Assembly: GCA_030583845.1 (NCBI GenBank)
Contig: CP129478.1
Location: forward strand, 651,686 to 715,685
DNA from: Candidatus Dojkabacteria bacterium
GTDB lineage: Bacteria > Patescibacteriota > Dojkabacteria > SC72 > JAHDCA01
Direction of reading: 5' to 3'
Length of the DNA: 64,000 nt
Position numbers and translations under genes: made by a program. The notes under the pieces were generated by a model. The model was given only the letters and a program-made list of their open reading frames with translations. It was not told where the DNA came from and searched no databases. Positions 8,109-17,912 of this stretch are shown one piece after another; within the stretch, counting starts at the first letter, position 1, and the number at the start of each line of letters is the position of its first letter.

Positions 8109-9653
8109 ATGTTAAGTGAAATGGAAATTATCGCTGTAATAGTTGCTGCTTTGGTAGCAGCGGCTTTGGCAGCTGTGGTGACCTTCTTTGTCTTGAGATC
8201 AAAGATGGAGACCACCATAGTTGAGGAGATGCCAGAAGAGGAAATAGAGAGAATAGTTAAGAAGAGAGCCGCAGAGCAGATGCGCGAGGCAGAAGAGAAA
8301 GCCGAGCGTGTAGTACAGGAGTCTGAAGAGAGAATGCGCAAGCTTCGCAAGGAGCTAACCGAGCAGGAAGATCTGCTTGTCGCCCGAGAGAAATCATTAA
8401 ACGAGCGAAGCAAGATTCTAGACGGCAAATCAGAAGAGCTCGAGGCTGAACAGAATGGCGTAAAGCAGGCAAAGAAGGCTATTGAAGAAACTCGCCTCAA
8501 GCTTAAAACTGAGCTTGAAAAGATCTCAGGTCTTACCCGCGACGAGGCTAAGGAGAAGCTTCTCGCAGAGGTTGAGGAAGATATTAAGAACTTCCAGGCA
8601 AAGCTTATCCGCAAGGCCGAGAAGCGTGCCGAAGAGGTCGCTGATGAGAAGGCAAAGAAGATCCTTGTTGAGTCTATGCAGAGCATTGTCACTGATTATG
8701 TCGGTGAGACTACAACTTCAAGCGTGAAAGTAGAGGATGAAAAGGTTAAGGGTAGAATTATCGGTAAGGATGGACGAAATATCCGCGCTTTTGAGAAAGC
8801 TACCGGTGTGGATGTGATTGTTGACGAATCGCCAACATCAATTGGATTGTCATCATTTGATCCGCTCCGTAGAGAGATCGCCAGAGTTGCGATGGAGAAG
8901 CTGATCAAAGATGGACGTATCCACCCAGGCACGATTGAGGATGAGATCCGCAAAGCTAAGAATGAGATCGCTTCTGAGATCAAGAAGAATGGTCAGATTC
9001 TGGCCGATGAGGCTAATTGGCCAGGGATGGACCTCGGCTTGCTCAAGCTAGTTGGAAAGATGAAGTATCGAACCAGCTACGGCCAGACCTTGATGAAGCA
9101 CTCTATTGAAGTGGTTCGACTTGGCGCCGTAATCGCATCAGAGGTTGGGGCAGATGTAGATCTGGTAAAGAAGGCCTGCCTACTACACGATGTTGGTAAG
9201 GTGCTTACCCACAAGGTTGAGGGTGCTCACCATCATATTTCGGGTCAGATCGCACGCAAATATGGGCTGCCTGACAAGCTAGTGAACGCAATTGAGGCAC
9301 ACCACCTCGATATCGAACCACAGTCAATCGAGGCATGGATTGTCTACTTCGCGGACGCAATCTCAGGTGCACGACCTGGTGCTCGAAAAGACAGCTACGA
9401 GCAGTATATCAAGCGAGTAGAGGGTATTGAGAATATCGCAAAAGAGGTTGGTGGTCAGTCGATTGATGAAGTTTACGCAATACATGCAGGCCGTGAAGTG
9501 CGGGTGCTTGTAAAGCCAAACGAAACATCGGATGATGATATTACAATCATGGCAAAGGATATCGCTCAGAAGATTGAGGAGACTCAAACATATCCAGGTA
9601 CTGTGCAGGTCACAGTTATCCGTGAGAAGCGAGTCCAAGAGGTTGCCAAATAG
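8109..9653 (+). CDS. rny: ribonuclease Y
   Basis: 514 aa. N-terminal TM helix, charged coiled-coil, KH domain (KVKGRIIGKDGRNIRAFEKATGVDVIVD) and HD domain (LLHDVGKV). The true start may be the second Met at 8121. Confidence 0.9.
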   Translation: MLSEMEIIAVIVAALVAAALAAVVTFFVLRSKMETTIVEEMPEEEIERIVKKRAAEQMREAEEKAERVVQESEERMRKLRKELTEQEDLLVAREKSLNERSKILDGKSEELEAEQNGVKQAKKAIEETRLKLKTELEKISGLTRDEAKEKLLAEVEEDIKNFQAKLIRKAEKRAEEVADEKAKKILVESMQSIVTDYVGETTTSSVKVEDEKVKGRIIGKDGRNIRAFEKATGVDVIVDESPTSIGLSSFDPLRREIARVAMEKLIKDGRIHPGTIEDEIRKAKNEIASEIKKNGQILADEANWPGMDLGLLKLVGKMKYRTSYGQTLMKHSIEVVRLGAVIASEVGADVDLVKKACLLHDVGKVLTHKVEGAHHHISGQIARKYGLPDKLVNAIEAHHLDIEPQSIEAWIVYFADAISGARPGARKDSYEQYIKRVEGIENIAKEVGGQSIDEVYAIHAGREVRVLVKPNETSDDDITIMAKDIAQKIEETQTYPGTVQVTVIREKRVQEVAK

Positions 9654-9678
9654 TTAGCGGTAATTAGAGAGGGGAGAA

Positions 9679-10470
9679 ATGATTAGAGTATTAATAATGG
9701 GAGACATATGTGGGAAGCCAGGCCGTGAGGCCGTTTCCCGCATGGTCCCTAAGCTGAAAGAGAAGCACGATATCGATCTGGTTATGACCAATATCGAGAA
9801 TCTTGCTCATGGTAGAGGTGCGACTATTTCCACAGTAAACGAATTAATGGCTTCAGGAGTAGATTTCATGACGGCCGGCAATCATATCTGGCGCCACGAG
9901 GACTTTCATGAGCTGCTTGGCGGCGATTATCCAATCATTCGTCCGATAAATTACCCAGACGACCTCCCTGGCAAAGGGTTCGGTGAGATCGATCTAGGAG
10001 CTAAAGGCACGATTTTGGTGATCTCATTGATGGGAATTGCCTTTATGAATGAACGGACGCTTACAGAGCCGTTCAGAGCCTTGAAAGGCTATCTGAAGGA
10101 GGTCGAGTACGAGAAGTATGCAGGAATAATTGTCGATTTCCATGCAGAGGCGACCAGTGAAAAACTATCGGCTGGATTATACTTTGATGGGCAGATAAGC
10201 GCTCTAGTAGGCTCTCACACACATGTTCCAACTGCCGATGAAAGGGTGATGCCAGGTGGGACGGCGTACATAACCGACCTAGGCATGTGTGGCCCTCACG
10301 ACTCGGCCCTGTGGGTCAAAAAAGACATTATCTATCAGCAAAATATGTATCCCTACTCACCTCGGTATGAGATCGAGGAAGAGGGTCCAATTCGCTTTGA
10401 TGCAGTCATTATTGACATAGAATCCCCAACAAAGGCCGTCGCAATAAGGCGTATAAATGAAATCCTATAA
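9679..10470 (+). CDS. ymdB: YmdB-family metallophosphoesterase (2',3'-cyclic-nucleotide 2'-phosphodiesterase)
   Basis: 263 aa. MIRVLIMGDICGKPGREAV and GNHIW motifs. Canonical position directly downstream of rny. Confidence 0.85.
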   Translation: MIRVLIMGDICGKPGREAVSRMVPKLKEKHDIDLVMTNIENLAHGRGATISTVNELMASGVDFMTAGNHIWRHEDFHELLGGDYPIIRPINYPDDLPGKGFGEIDLGAKGTILVISLMGIAFMNERTLTEPFRALKGYLKEVEYEKYAGIIVDFHAEATSEKLSAGLYFDGQISALVGSHTHVPTADERVMPGGTAYITDLGMCGPHDSALWVKKDIIYQQNMYPYSPRYEIEEEGPIRFDAVIIDIESPTKAVAIRRINEIL

Positions 10471-10578
10471 CTAAAGGATTATTGACAAGCTTGTAAAAAT
10501 CTTTTATTTTTGGCTAATATGAAAGCCCTTATTAAGAGGATTTTTCATATTAACTCTTTGGAAAGGAGGCATACGCAA

Positions 10579-10851
10579 ATGTTGAAGAAAGATTTAGTAG
10601 AGGTAGTAGCTAATGAAGTTGGCTTAACAAAGAAGCAAGCTTCTGAAGCTCTTGATGCTATGCTCGACGCTGTAACAAAAGCTCTTGCAAAAGGTGATGC
10701 AGTACTTCTTACCGGTTTCGGTAAATTCGAAGTACGCCACAGAGCTGCAAGAATGGGTATCAACCCACAGAGCATGGAAAAGATCAAACTTGCTGCTTCT
10801 AACGTTCCTGCATTCAAGGCTGGTAAAGCTTTGAAGGAGGCCGTTAAGTAG
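10579..10851 (+). CDS. hup: DNA-binding protein HU
   Basis: 90 aa from ATG 10579 (RBS GAAAGGAGG at 10561-10569). GFGKFEVRHRAARMGINPQS arm motif. The ORF track's 10510 start is an upstream in-frame extension. Confidence 0.9.
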   Translation: MLKKDLVEVVANEVGLTKKQASEALDAMLDAVTKALAKGDAVLLTGFGKFEVRHRAARMGINPQSMEKIKLAASNVPAFKAGKALKEAVK

Positions 10852-10891
10852 TTAGTGCCGGTATTTCTCTGTTATATAAGAGAGAAAAGTT

Positions 10892-10926
10892 CGGGAGTCT
10901 GTATACAGGGCTCCCGATTCTTTTTT
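10892..10926 (+). terminator. Rho-independent terminator after hup
   Basis: Stem CGGGAG(10892-10897)...CTCCCG(10911-10916) followed by ATTCTTTTTT. Confidence 0.7.
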
Positions 10927-11025
10927 ATATGCTCTGCCTAATTTTCATGAAATTTAACGACAAACAGTGTCGTGCTCTGAGAAACTGCGATATAATCGTG
11001 TAGCAATACTTCCAGAGAGTACAAA

Positions 11026-12915
11026 ATGCCAGCCGAAAAACATGTAGATGCAATATTCACTAATTATCTAGAATCAGTATCACGCAAGTTCAAAAATGAG
11101 AGAACTTCTGAGATGGGCTATAGAGCTGAATTTGAGCAGCTATTAAAGAACGTATTTGAAGAGATAGGCGTCAAGGATATAGGTCATGATGAAAAGTCAT
11201 CTAAAGGGAATAAACCTGATTTTATAGTCTACAGCAAAGCTAGGGTCCCATTGCTTTACATTGAGGTGAAAGACATTGGGGTGTCGCTGGATAAGATAGA
11301 GCAATCTGAGCAAATTGCTAGATACTTCGGTTACGACAATCTTGTGCTGACAGATTATCTTGAGTTCCGGTTTTATAGGAATGGTCATAGGTATCAGGAT
11401 CCGGTAAAAATCGCCGTGTATGACAAGAAGGGACGCACGATTGAACCACAATCTCATAATTACCAAAATCTCGCGAAAACTCTACTCGATTTTACCAAAT
11501 CTCATAAAGAACCTATCAAATCAGGACTCCACCTTGCGAAGGTAATGGGCGGTAAAGCCAGAAGAATAAGAGACAATATTCTTGAGATTATTGAGCATCC
11601 GGACAAAGAGTCGGCTGATCTTGAGAAGGTATTCGATACAATCAAGACCTTGTTGGTACACGATCTCAAAATAGACGACTTCGCAGACATGTATGCCCAG
11701 ACTCTTGTGTATGGACTCTTCGTCGCAAGATTCTATGATGAATCAGAAGATAGCTTTAGCCGCGAGGAGGCTCGTGAGCTTATCCCTGCTTCTAATCCAT
11801 TTTTGAGGCACTTTTTCGATCATATTGCTGGACCAAATTTTAATGTTCGCCTTAAATACATCGTAGACGAGCTTTGTGAAGTGCTTAGCCATGCTGATAT
11901 TGAAAAACTGATGGATGATTATTACGGTAAGCAGTCAAAAGATCGTCGGAAGGCTCCTGATCCGGTTATCCATTTTTATGAAGACTTTCTCAAAGAGTAT
12001 GATCCGGTGTTGCGAAAAAAGATGGGAGCTTATTACACGCCTGTGCCAGTTGTGGATTTCATCGTACGATCTGTCGACCATATATTGAAAAAGGATTTCA
12101 GCCTACCGAAAGGATTGTCCGATACCAGTAAAGACCAGAAGGGTAATCACATTGTGCAGGTACTAGATCCAGCGGTAGGTACAGGAACTTTCTTCAGTGC
12201 TGTAATTAGGCATATATACGCACCATTCGCCAAGAATGAGAACCAAGGAGCTTGGCATAAGTACGTACACAACGAGCTTCTTCCAAGGCTTCATGGGTTT
12301 GAACTGATGATGGCTCCATACACGATAGCGCATCTACGTTTAACTGTCGCATTTAAGAAAACGGATTTTATCCACTTCAACAAAAGGTTGGGTATTTATC
12401 TCACGAACTCGCTTGATGACCTACAGGGTCAGGATGGACTATTCGCTTTCGGGTTTGCGGATAGTATTGCTCAGGAATCGGAAGCAGCAAGGAAGATAAA
12501 GCATGATACACCAGTTATGGTTGTTCTTGGCAATCCTCCCTACAGTGTCAGCTCTCAGAATAAAGGAGAATGGATCGAGAGTGAGGTGAAAGAGTACAAG
12601 AAAGATCTTAATGAAAGAAATATTCAACCGCTCTCTGATGATTACATTAAATTTATCCGTTTCGCAGAGCAACAGATCGAGAAAAATGGCTCAGGTATTG
12701 TGGCAATGATAACCAATAACTCTTTCCTCGATGGAATCATCCACAGGCAGATGCGTAAGCATCTCTTAGAAACGTTTGATGACATTTATGTAGTCGATTT
12801 GCATGGTAATTCGAAAAAGAAGGAGATGACTCCAGATGGTGGTAAAGATGAGAATGTATTTGACATTCAGCAAGGTGTCTCGATTAACTTTTTTGTTAAG
12901 AAGCCTCAAATATGA
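11026..12915 (+). CDS. MmeI-like type IIG restriction-modification enzyme, N-terminal fragment (PD-ExK nuclease + gamma-class N6-adenine methyltransferase)
   Basis: 629 aa. N-terminal PDFIVYSKARVPLLYIEVKD matches the MmeI-family D...E-x-K endonuclease core. MTase motif I VLDPAVGTGTFF and motif IV LGNPPYSV. The DLHGNSKKKE...DENVFDIQQGVSINFFVKK block, which normally leads into a specificity domain, is followed by a stop. Confidence 0.7.
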   Translation: MPAEKHVDAIFTNYLESVSRKFKNERTSEMGYRAEFEQLLKNVFEEIGVKDIGHDEKSSKGNKPDFIVYSKARVPLLYIEVKDIGVSLDKIEQSEQIARYFGYDNLVLTDYLEFRFYRNGHRYQDPVKIAVYDKKGRTIEPQSHNYQNLAKTLLDFTKSHKEPIKSGLHLAKVMGGKARRIRDNILEIIEHPDKESADLEKVFDTIKTLLVHDLKIDDFADMYAQTLVYGLFVARFYDESEDSFSREEARELIPASNPFLRHFFDHIAGPNFNVRLKYIVDELCEVLSHADIEKLMDDYYGKQSKDRRKAPDPVIHFYEDFLKEYDPVLRKKMGAYYTPVPVVDFIVRSVDHILKKDFSLPKGLSDTSKDQKGNHIVQVLDPAVGTGTFFSAVIRHIYAPFAKNENQGAWHKYVHNELLPRLHGFELMMAPYTIAHLRLTVAFKKTDFIHFNKRLGIYLTNSLDDLQGQDGLFAFGFADSIAQESEAARKIKHDTPVMVVLGNPPYSVSSQNKGEWIESEVKEYKKDLNERNIQPLSDDYIKFIRFAEQQIEKNGSGIVAMITNNSFLDGIIHRQMRKHLLETFDDIYVVDLHGNSKKKEMTPDGGKDENVFDIQQGVSINFFVKKPQI

Positions 12916-13442
12916 GCAAGAAAGGAAACTACGCTTTCATAGACAGTCAGAACTTGAACCTAGGTATGCGATCCTTGGGCTGGAGGATAGACTACCAGAA
13001 ATTTAGACTGTACCTGAAAAATAAATATAATGTGCAAAAGGCCTATCTATTTATTGGATTGGTTCCAAACAACCAACAATTGTATAGTGATCTACAATCT
13101 GCTGGCTTCATACTGGTATTTAAGCCGACAGTGAGATATTTTGTCCGTGGTAAGGAGACCGTCAAAGGTAATGTAGACGCAGAATTGGTTCTGCATGCTT
13201 CTGCAATCGAGTACAGCAAGTATGACAAGGCAATTATAGTAAGCGGTGATGGTGATTTTTCGTGTTTAATTCAGTTTCTGGTGAAAAGGAAAAAATTGTT
13301 GGCACTGTTAACTCCTAACTCCAAGTACTCGCAGCTACTAAAGCCGTACTCGCCATATATTACGAGAATTGATCAAATTATTAAGTCTTTTGGGTATAGG
13401 AAGAAAAGAAAAACCAGCATCAGCGTTCGGTCGAAACCTTAG
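12912..13442 (+). CDS. NYN/LabA-like (PIN-fold) nuclease-domain protein inserted between the two RM fragments
   Basis: 176 aa. AFIDSQNL, KGNVDAELVLHA and IIVSGDGDF motifs of the NYN domain. The ATG overlaps the TGA stop of the upstream fragment (ATGA). Confidence 0.7.
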   Translation: MSKKGNYAFIDSQNLNLGMRSLGWRIDYQKFRLYLKNKYNVQKAYLFIGLVPNNQQLYSDLQSAGFILVFKPTVRYFVRGKETVKGNVDAELVLHASAIEYSKYDKAIIVSGDGDFSCLIQFLVKRKKLLALLTPNSKYSQLLKPYSPYITRIDQIIKSFGYRKKRKTSISVRSKP

Positions 13443-13501
13443 GCCTATCTGGTTATGGTGATAGGAAATTCTATCACAAATAGATAAGTAGATCAATCAA
13501 C

Positions 13502-14719
13502 ATGAATAACAAAAACACTAAAAAGAAATTAGCAAGAGTTCATCATATTGACTTGTTTGGAAAGCGTGAGGATAAGTTTAAATTCCTAGAGGAGAACTCT
13601 GTGGCGAGTATTAGTTGGCAAAAGCTTAATTACATTCAGCCTTCGTTTTATTTTGTGCCAAAGGACTTTGGATCAATTGTGGAGTATGAAAGCGGGTTTA
13701 GGGTAGATGAGTTACTTACATTTAATGCAAGTGGGACAAAGTTTCGAAAAGATAACCTATTGGTAAGAAATCACTTCACACGATACGATGTAGAAAAAAT
13801 GTTAGAGGATATAAACACACTCTCTAAAGAAGATTTTCTTAATAAATATAACTTTAATGAAACTAAAGATTGGGTATTAAAGGAAAAGGTGCAGTATTTC
13901 GAGACCGATTACAATAATATTAGGAAGGTTCTTTATTCACCATTCGATACAAGATTCACGTATTATCCTGTTGAGAGAATCTCGAACATTATTCCAAGAG
14001 GTGATTCAAGGAAGCAAATGATGAAAAATTTCTTTGAACCAAACGTGGGACTTCTACTAATGCGGAAGCTTGTAAATACACAAAATTTTTCGACAATCAG
14101 TGTGTGTAATTGTATGGTCGATATTAACTATTACGGTTTTCAAACATATGTATTCCCGCTCTATCTGTACGCAGCCGATGGCTCAAAAACTTCAAATGTA
14201 AACGATGAAATCGCCGACAAGATAAAGCAATTAAATGGCACATTCACACCAGAAGAACTATTTGACTACATATACGCAGTGCTACACTCCCCAAACTACC
14301 GCGAAAAGTATAAGGAATTCCTCAAAATAGATTTCCCAAGAGTGCCATACCCGAAGGATCGCGAAACATTCGACAAATTTGTAAAACTGGGAAAACAGCT
14401 TAGAGAGCTCCACCTTATGGAATCTCCAAAGATCTCAGAGGCCAGTTTACCATTCCCCATAGAGGGTAGCGATTTAGTTGAGAGAGTTAAATATGAGGAC
14501 AGTAAAGTATTTATAAACAGCACTCAATATTTTGACAATGTACCTGAGATCGCATGGAATTTCTATATTGGTGGGTATCAACCAGCTCAGAAGTGGCTTA
14601 AGGATCGTAAGGGTCGGGAGCTATCGTATGAAGACATGGAGCATTATCAGAGGATTATTTTTGTACTTTTGGAGACTGATAAACTGATGAAAGAAATCGA
14701 TACTGTGATAAAGTTTTAG
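13502..14719 (+). CDS. type-ISP/MmeI-family C-terminal specificity (target-recognition) domain, C-terminal fragment of the split RM gene
   Basis: 405 aa. Opens with KKLARVHHIDLFGKREDKFKFLEENS, which normally follows the FFVKK block in single-chain enzymes. C-terminal WNFYIGGYQPAQKWLKDRKGRELSYEDMEHYQRII is the hallmark of the ISP/PglX C-terminal specificity domain. Confidence 0.65.
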   Translation: MNNKNTKKKLARVHHIDLFGKREDKFKFLEENSVASISWQKLNYIQPSFYFVPKDFGSIVEYESGFRVDELLTFNASGTKFRKDNLLVRNHFTRYDVEKMLEDINTLSKEDFLNKYNFNETKDWVLKEKVQYFETDYNNIRKVLYSPFDTRFTYYPVERISNIIPRGDSRKQMMKNFFEPNVGLLLMRKLVNTQNFSTISVCNCMVDINYYGFQTYVFPLYLYAADGSKTSNVNDEIADKIKQLNGTFTPEELFDYIYAVLHSPNYREKYKEFLKIDFPRVPYPKDRETFDKFVKLGKQLRELHLMESPKISEASLPFPIEGSDLVERVKYEDSKVFINSTQYFDNVPEIAWNFYIGGYQPAQKWLKDRKGRELSYEDMEHYQRIIFVLLETDKLMKEIDTVIKF

Positions 14720-14903
14720 TAATTAGAAGTAAATGGCATTATTGTTCAAATTGGGATAGCGCTCTGTTTGATTTATTTGGAAAGCCATTTACAGTGGTAA
14801 GATTCTCTATGAATAGGCTTACGTTTTGGGTTTACTAAAGAATTTAAATCTAATACACTGTACTAAGCAAAATTGTGAAATAAATCTTTGTAAACTGCCG
14901 TAA

Positions 14904-16346
14904 ATGCTGCGAAGGCTATTCATACCAACGACGAAAAACAAGTTCAGACCCTATCTGCTGCGCAAGCCAGCGCTTGTCATCTATACTCTGTTCTTGGTCA
15001 CATTTAATGTTGGTTATCCAGCATTTTTCCCTGAATCAGCAAGCCAGGTAATCGCAAGCTCTATAACGGCAGGCACACTAATCTCACTTACAAATGCTGA
15101 GCGGCAAAACCTTGGCCTGACGACCTTAACGACCGATTCGAGGCTGACAAATGCAGCATATGCAAAGGCCAACGATATGCTTACGAAGGATTATTGGAAC
15201 CATTTTGGGCCTAACGGTGAGACTCCGTGGCAATTTATCACCTCTGCGGGCTACACCTATGTATATGCTGGCGAGAATCTAGCCAAAGGCTTCTCAACCT
15301 CTGAGGGTGTGCACCAGGCCTGGATGGCTAGCCCAACCCACCGCGCAAACATTGTGAATGGTAACTATCGTGATATCGGAATCGCTGTGGTTGAGGGCGA
15401 GCTACTTGGCGAGCAGACTACGCTTGTGGTACAGATGTTTGGCGCACAATCAGGTTCTACTACCTCTACACCTTCTTCGCAGCCATCGACTCCACAGCCG
15501 AGCTCACAGCCACGAGAAGAGAGTGGCGAGATCAAGAGCATCAGCATTGTAAAGCCAGCTGATGGTGAGACTGTAAAGGATCCATCTCAAGCCATAGAAG
15601 GTACGATTGATGTGGTTGAGCGGGTTGTAGGGTCATATAAGGTGCGTGTAACTGAAGAAGAGGTTGTGATTGGCGAAAGTGATTCAGCAGAAACCGATTG
15701 GAGCGTAGGAAACAGCCAGGGCTGGGAAGATGGAGAGCATGAGATAACCGCGAGGGTTGAGCAGGATGATAAAAAATTTGAGGATAGCGTGAAGTTTACT
15801 TTGGACAGTACGCCTCCGGCATTCGAAGAGGATGATCTGGTGATTGAGTTTAACGATGAGCAGAAAGAGTGGGAGCTAACCCTCTACGGCTCAGAGGTTG
15901 AGATGGTCGCGACAGTGCAGGTTGGCTCAAAGCCATTTCCGATGGAGTTCACTGAAGATGGGGTATGGTTCCTCAGCATCTCAGACTCTGAAGTAGCAAA
16001 TCATATATCTGTGAAGCTACTTCTGGCGGATGCTATAGGAAACGTGGGTGAGCATGAGATCCTCAGTCGGTTTATCAAGCCGGTGCAGGATGTTGAATCT
16101 GTAAGCTCGATCCTCCCGAAAGATGATATAGGTAGCTTTACAGGGTTTTTGCAAGGGATTCCGTTGAAGAGTGAAGTGAATGTCGTATTTGGAATGGCGA
16201 TCTTAGGATTGATTTCGCTGCAGGTTTATCACTATTATAAATTAGGGAAACTTAGCGAGCGTGGTGGCTACCTTCTTACGACTGCGATCTGGGTCTTCCT
16301 GTTACTAGCGGGAACATTTGTTGGAACTTTTGGCTCGGTGGTTTAA
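14904..16346 (+). CDS. secreted CAP/SCP/PR1-like (YkwD-type) domain protein with Ser/Pro linker, Ig-like middle region and C-terminal TM anchor
   Basis: 480 aa. N-terminal signal/TM. CAP domain blocks ERQNLGL...AYAKANDM...WNHFGPNGETPW...GENLAKGF...HQAWMASPTHRANI. STPSSQPSTPQPSSQP linker. C-terminal hydrophobic helices. Confidence 0.75.
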   Translation: MLRRLFIPTTKNKFRPYLLRKPALVIYTLFLVTFNVGYPAFFPESASQVIASSITAGTLISLTNAERQNLGLTTLTTDSRLTNAAYAKANDMLTKDYWNHFGPNGETPWQFITSAGYTYVYAGENLAKGFSTSEGVHQAWMASPTHRANIVNGNYRDIGIAVVEGELLGEQTTLVVQMFGAQSGSTTSTPSSQPSTPQPSSQPREESGEIKSISIVKPADGETVKDPSQAIEGTIDVVERVVGSYKVRVTEEEVVIGESDSAETDWSVGNSQGWEDGEHEITARVEQDDKKFEDSVKFTLDSTPPAFEEDDLVIEFNDEQKEWELTLYGSEVEMVATVQVGSKPFPMEFTEDGVWFLSISDSEVANHISVKLLLADAIGNVGEHEILSRFIKPVQDVESVSSILPKDDIGSFTGFLQGIPLKSEVNVVFGMAILGLISLQVYHYYKLGKLSERGGYLLTTAIWVFLLLAGTFVGTFGSVV

Positions 16347-16386
16347 GCGGCGGTTTGTCGCATGAATTAAATTATGTGATGTCTCG

Positions 16387-17181
16387 ATGGGCTTAATTAG
16401 CAGGTATAAAAGAGAGTTTGTGTATGCAGTGATACTCTTCATCATATGGGAGATATCACAGGTACCTGAGATTATTGGCGTGGGGCAGGTCTATTTCTTT
16501 TTCAGCTTTATTGGGTTGCTGCTTGTTGTGACCTGGATCTTCACCACATACTTCAGGCTTTCGTATAAGAAGGTGTCTGATAATTCTGATGCGCTGATCA
16601 AAATTCGGAATCATGAGAGATTTTTCATTAACTTCATCCTGCCATTGCTTTTTTACTGTCTTGTGAGCTATTTCCTCTATGTTAGCGTAAACTTGGTTCT
16701 CACCCAGCTACTTATAATCCTAAGCTCGATGCTATTTTTCGTAATCTTTGTGAATATCAAAAACTCATATACCAAGGTTTTCACAATCGAGCGTGATACA
16801 CGGACAATTCTAAGCTTCTTGGATATCATAGTTTTCTTTCTTGCTGTAACATTGCTTACATATTTCGGTGACTCATTCGCCGTAAGAGTGCTGGGCGTGA
16901 GCGTGGCAGCATTTATACTGCTTGGCCATCAGCTGCTGATAAATAAACAGCAGAATTGGGCCGGCTTTGCTGTTCTCGTGGCTTCGACAATATTCTTAGG
17001 GGCAGTAGCATACTTCTTCATGGATAGCGGGAGCTATCTATTCCCACTGGTTATGAGCATACTTTTCTATCTTGTAGTCGCACTTTGGACCGTAAAATTG
17101 AGTGGTACAAGCAAGCTGAGCGATTACCTGCCGCCTCTGCTTTTTGCTTTGATGGCATTTATTATAGTTACAAGTTTCTAA
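16387..17181 (+). CDS. hypothetical polytopic membrane protein
   Basis: 264 aa, about 8 predicted TM helices, no motif recognised. Confidence 0.4.
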   Translation: MGLISRYKREFVYAVILFIIWEISQVPEIIGVGQVYFFFSFIGLLLVVTWIFTTYFRLSYKKVSDNSDALIKIRNHERFFINFILPLLFYCLVSYFLYVSVNLVLTQLLIILSSMLFFVIFVNIKNSYTKVFTIERDTRTILSFLDIIVFFLAVTLLTYFGDSFAVRVLGVSVAAFILLGHQLLINKQQNWAGFAVLVASTIFLGAVAYFFMDSGSYLFPLVMSILFYLVVALWTVKLSGTSKLSDYLPPLLFALMAFIIVTSF

Positions 17182-17198
17182 TTTAAAAATCTAAACAG

Positions 17199-17912
17199 TT
17201 GGAGAAATCAATAGTAATAAAACTAGGTGGCTCGCTGATCTACGACCTCAACTTGGGCATAAACAAGGAGCTGATGAAGAAGCTTCATAGCTGGTATGTC
17301 GCGCACGGTCCTGAGTACAATTTCATCGTGTTTGTCGTCGGTGGAGGGAAGATTTCGAGGCATCTGGTGAGTCAGGTTGAAGATCTCGCCAAAGATGAGC
17401 TGTCCAAGCACCGGATCGGTATGGAAGCAACACGGACAAACGCAGCAATACTCGCATCTGTTTTAGGCAGCAGTGCAGGTGAGATACTGCTGCCGACTAG
17501 TTTTGGAGAGCTGCTTGAATTTATTGTTACCAATAAGCGAGGCACGATTATTACTGGTGGTTTCAAAGCTGGATGGAGCTCGGATATGAATGCCGCAATA
17601 GTTGCAGATATAATCGGGCAGAATAAAGTTTACAAGCTCTCAGATATTGACCATGTGTACACCGCAGATCCGAAGAGTAACCCAGACGCCACGCCTATAC
17701 AGGATCTAACATGGAGTGACTATTTCAAGATGTTCAACCTCTCAATGGAAAATGCTCACGATGCGCCAGGACTGCATGTGCCGGTTGGTACTCATGCGGC
17801 ACAGTTCTCTGTGAGGAAAGGTTTATCTTTCTTCGTATCAGGTGGAAAAAATCTTGAGAGCCAGGCTGATCTGGCTGCGGTATTTGAATCGGGGACATAT
17901 CTCCACCCGTAA
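17199..17912 (+). CDS. pyrH: amino-acid-kinase family protein, uridylate kinase-like
   Basis: 237 aa. IKLGGS and VVGGG glycine loops. C-terminal GGFKAGWSSDMNAAIVADIIG...DHVYTADPKSNPDA resembles the PyrH TTD...DGVYDADPKKNPDA block. Confidence 0.6.
   Translation: MEKSIVIKLGGSLIYDLNLGINKELMKKLHSWYVAHGPEYNFIVFVVGGGKISRHLVSQVEDLAKDELSKHRIGMEATRTNAAILASVLGSSAGEILLPTSFGELLEFIVTNKRGTIITGGFKAGWSSDMNAAIVADIIGQNKVYKLSDIDHVYTADPKSNPDATPIQDLTWSDYFKMFNLSMENAHDAPGLHVPVGTHAAQFSVRKGLSFFVSGGKNLESQADLAAVFESGTYLHP

Noticed and set aside
8099-8692. 197-aa minus-strand ORF antisense to rny
   Set aside because: Ser-rich low-complexity mirror of the Glu/Lys-rich rny coiled-coil region. Classic antisense artefact.
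12910-12915. Alternative genetic code (UGA=Gly, as in SR1/Gracilibacteria) that would read through the RM fragment 1 stop
   Set aside because: Reading TGA as sense hits TAG 10 codons later and does not join fragment 2. Many well-supported genes here (tgt and others) terminate cleanly at TGA, so the standard code is used.
11026-14719. Simple frameshifted pseudogene of a single MmeI-like gene
   Set aside because: The gap between the fragments is not a frameshift. It holds a full-length NYN-domain ORF with an intact motif set, and both flanking fragments keep plausible starts and stops, so an insertion or split architecture is more likely than point-mutation decay. Pseudogenisation of the RM function itself still cannot be excluded.
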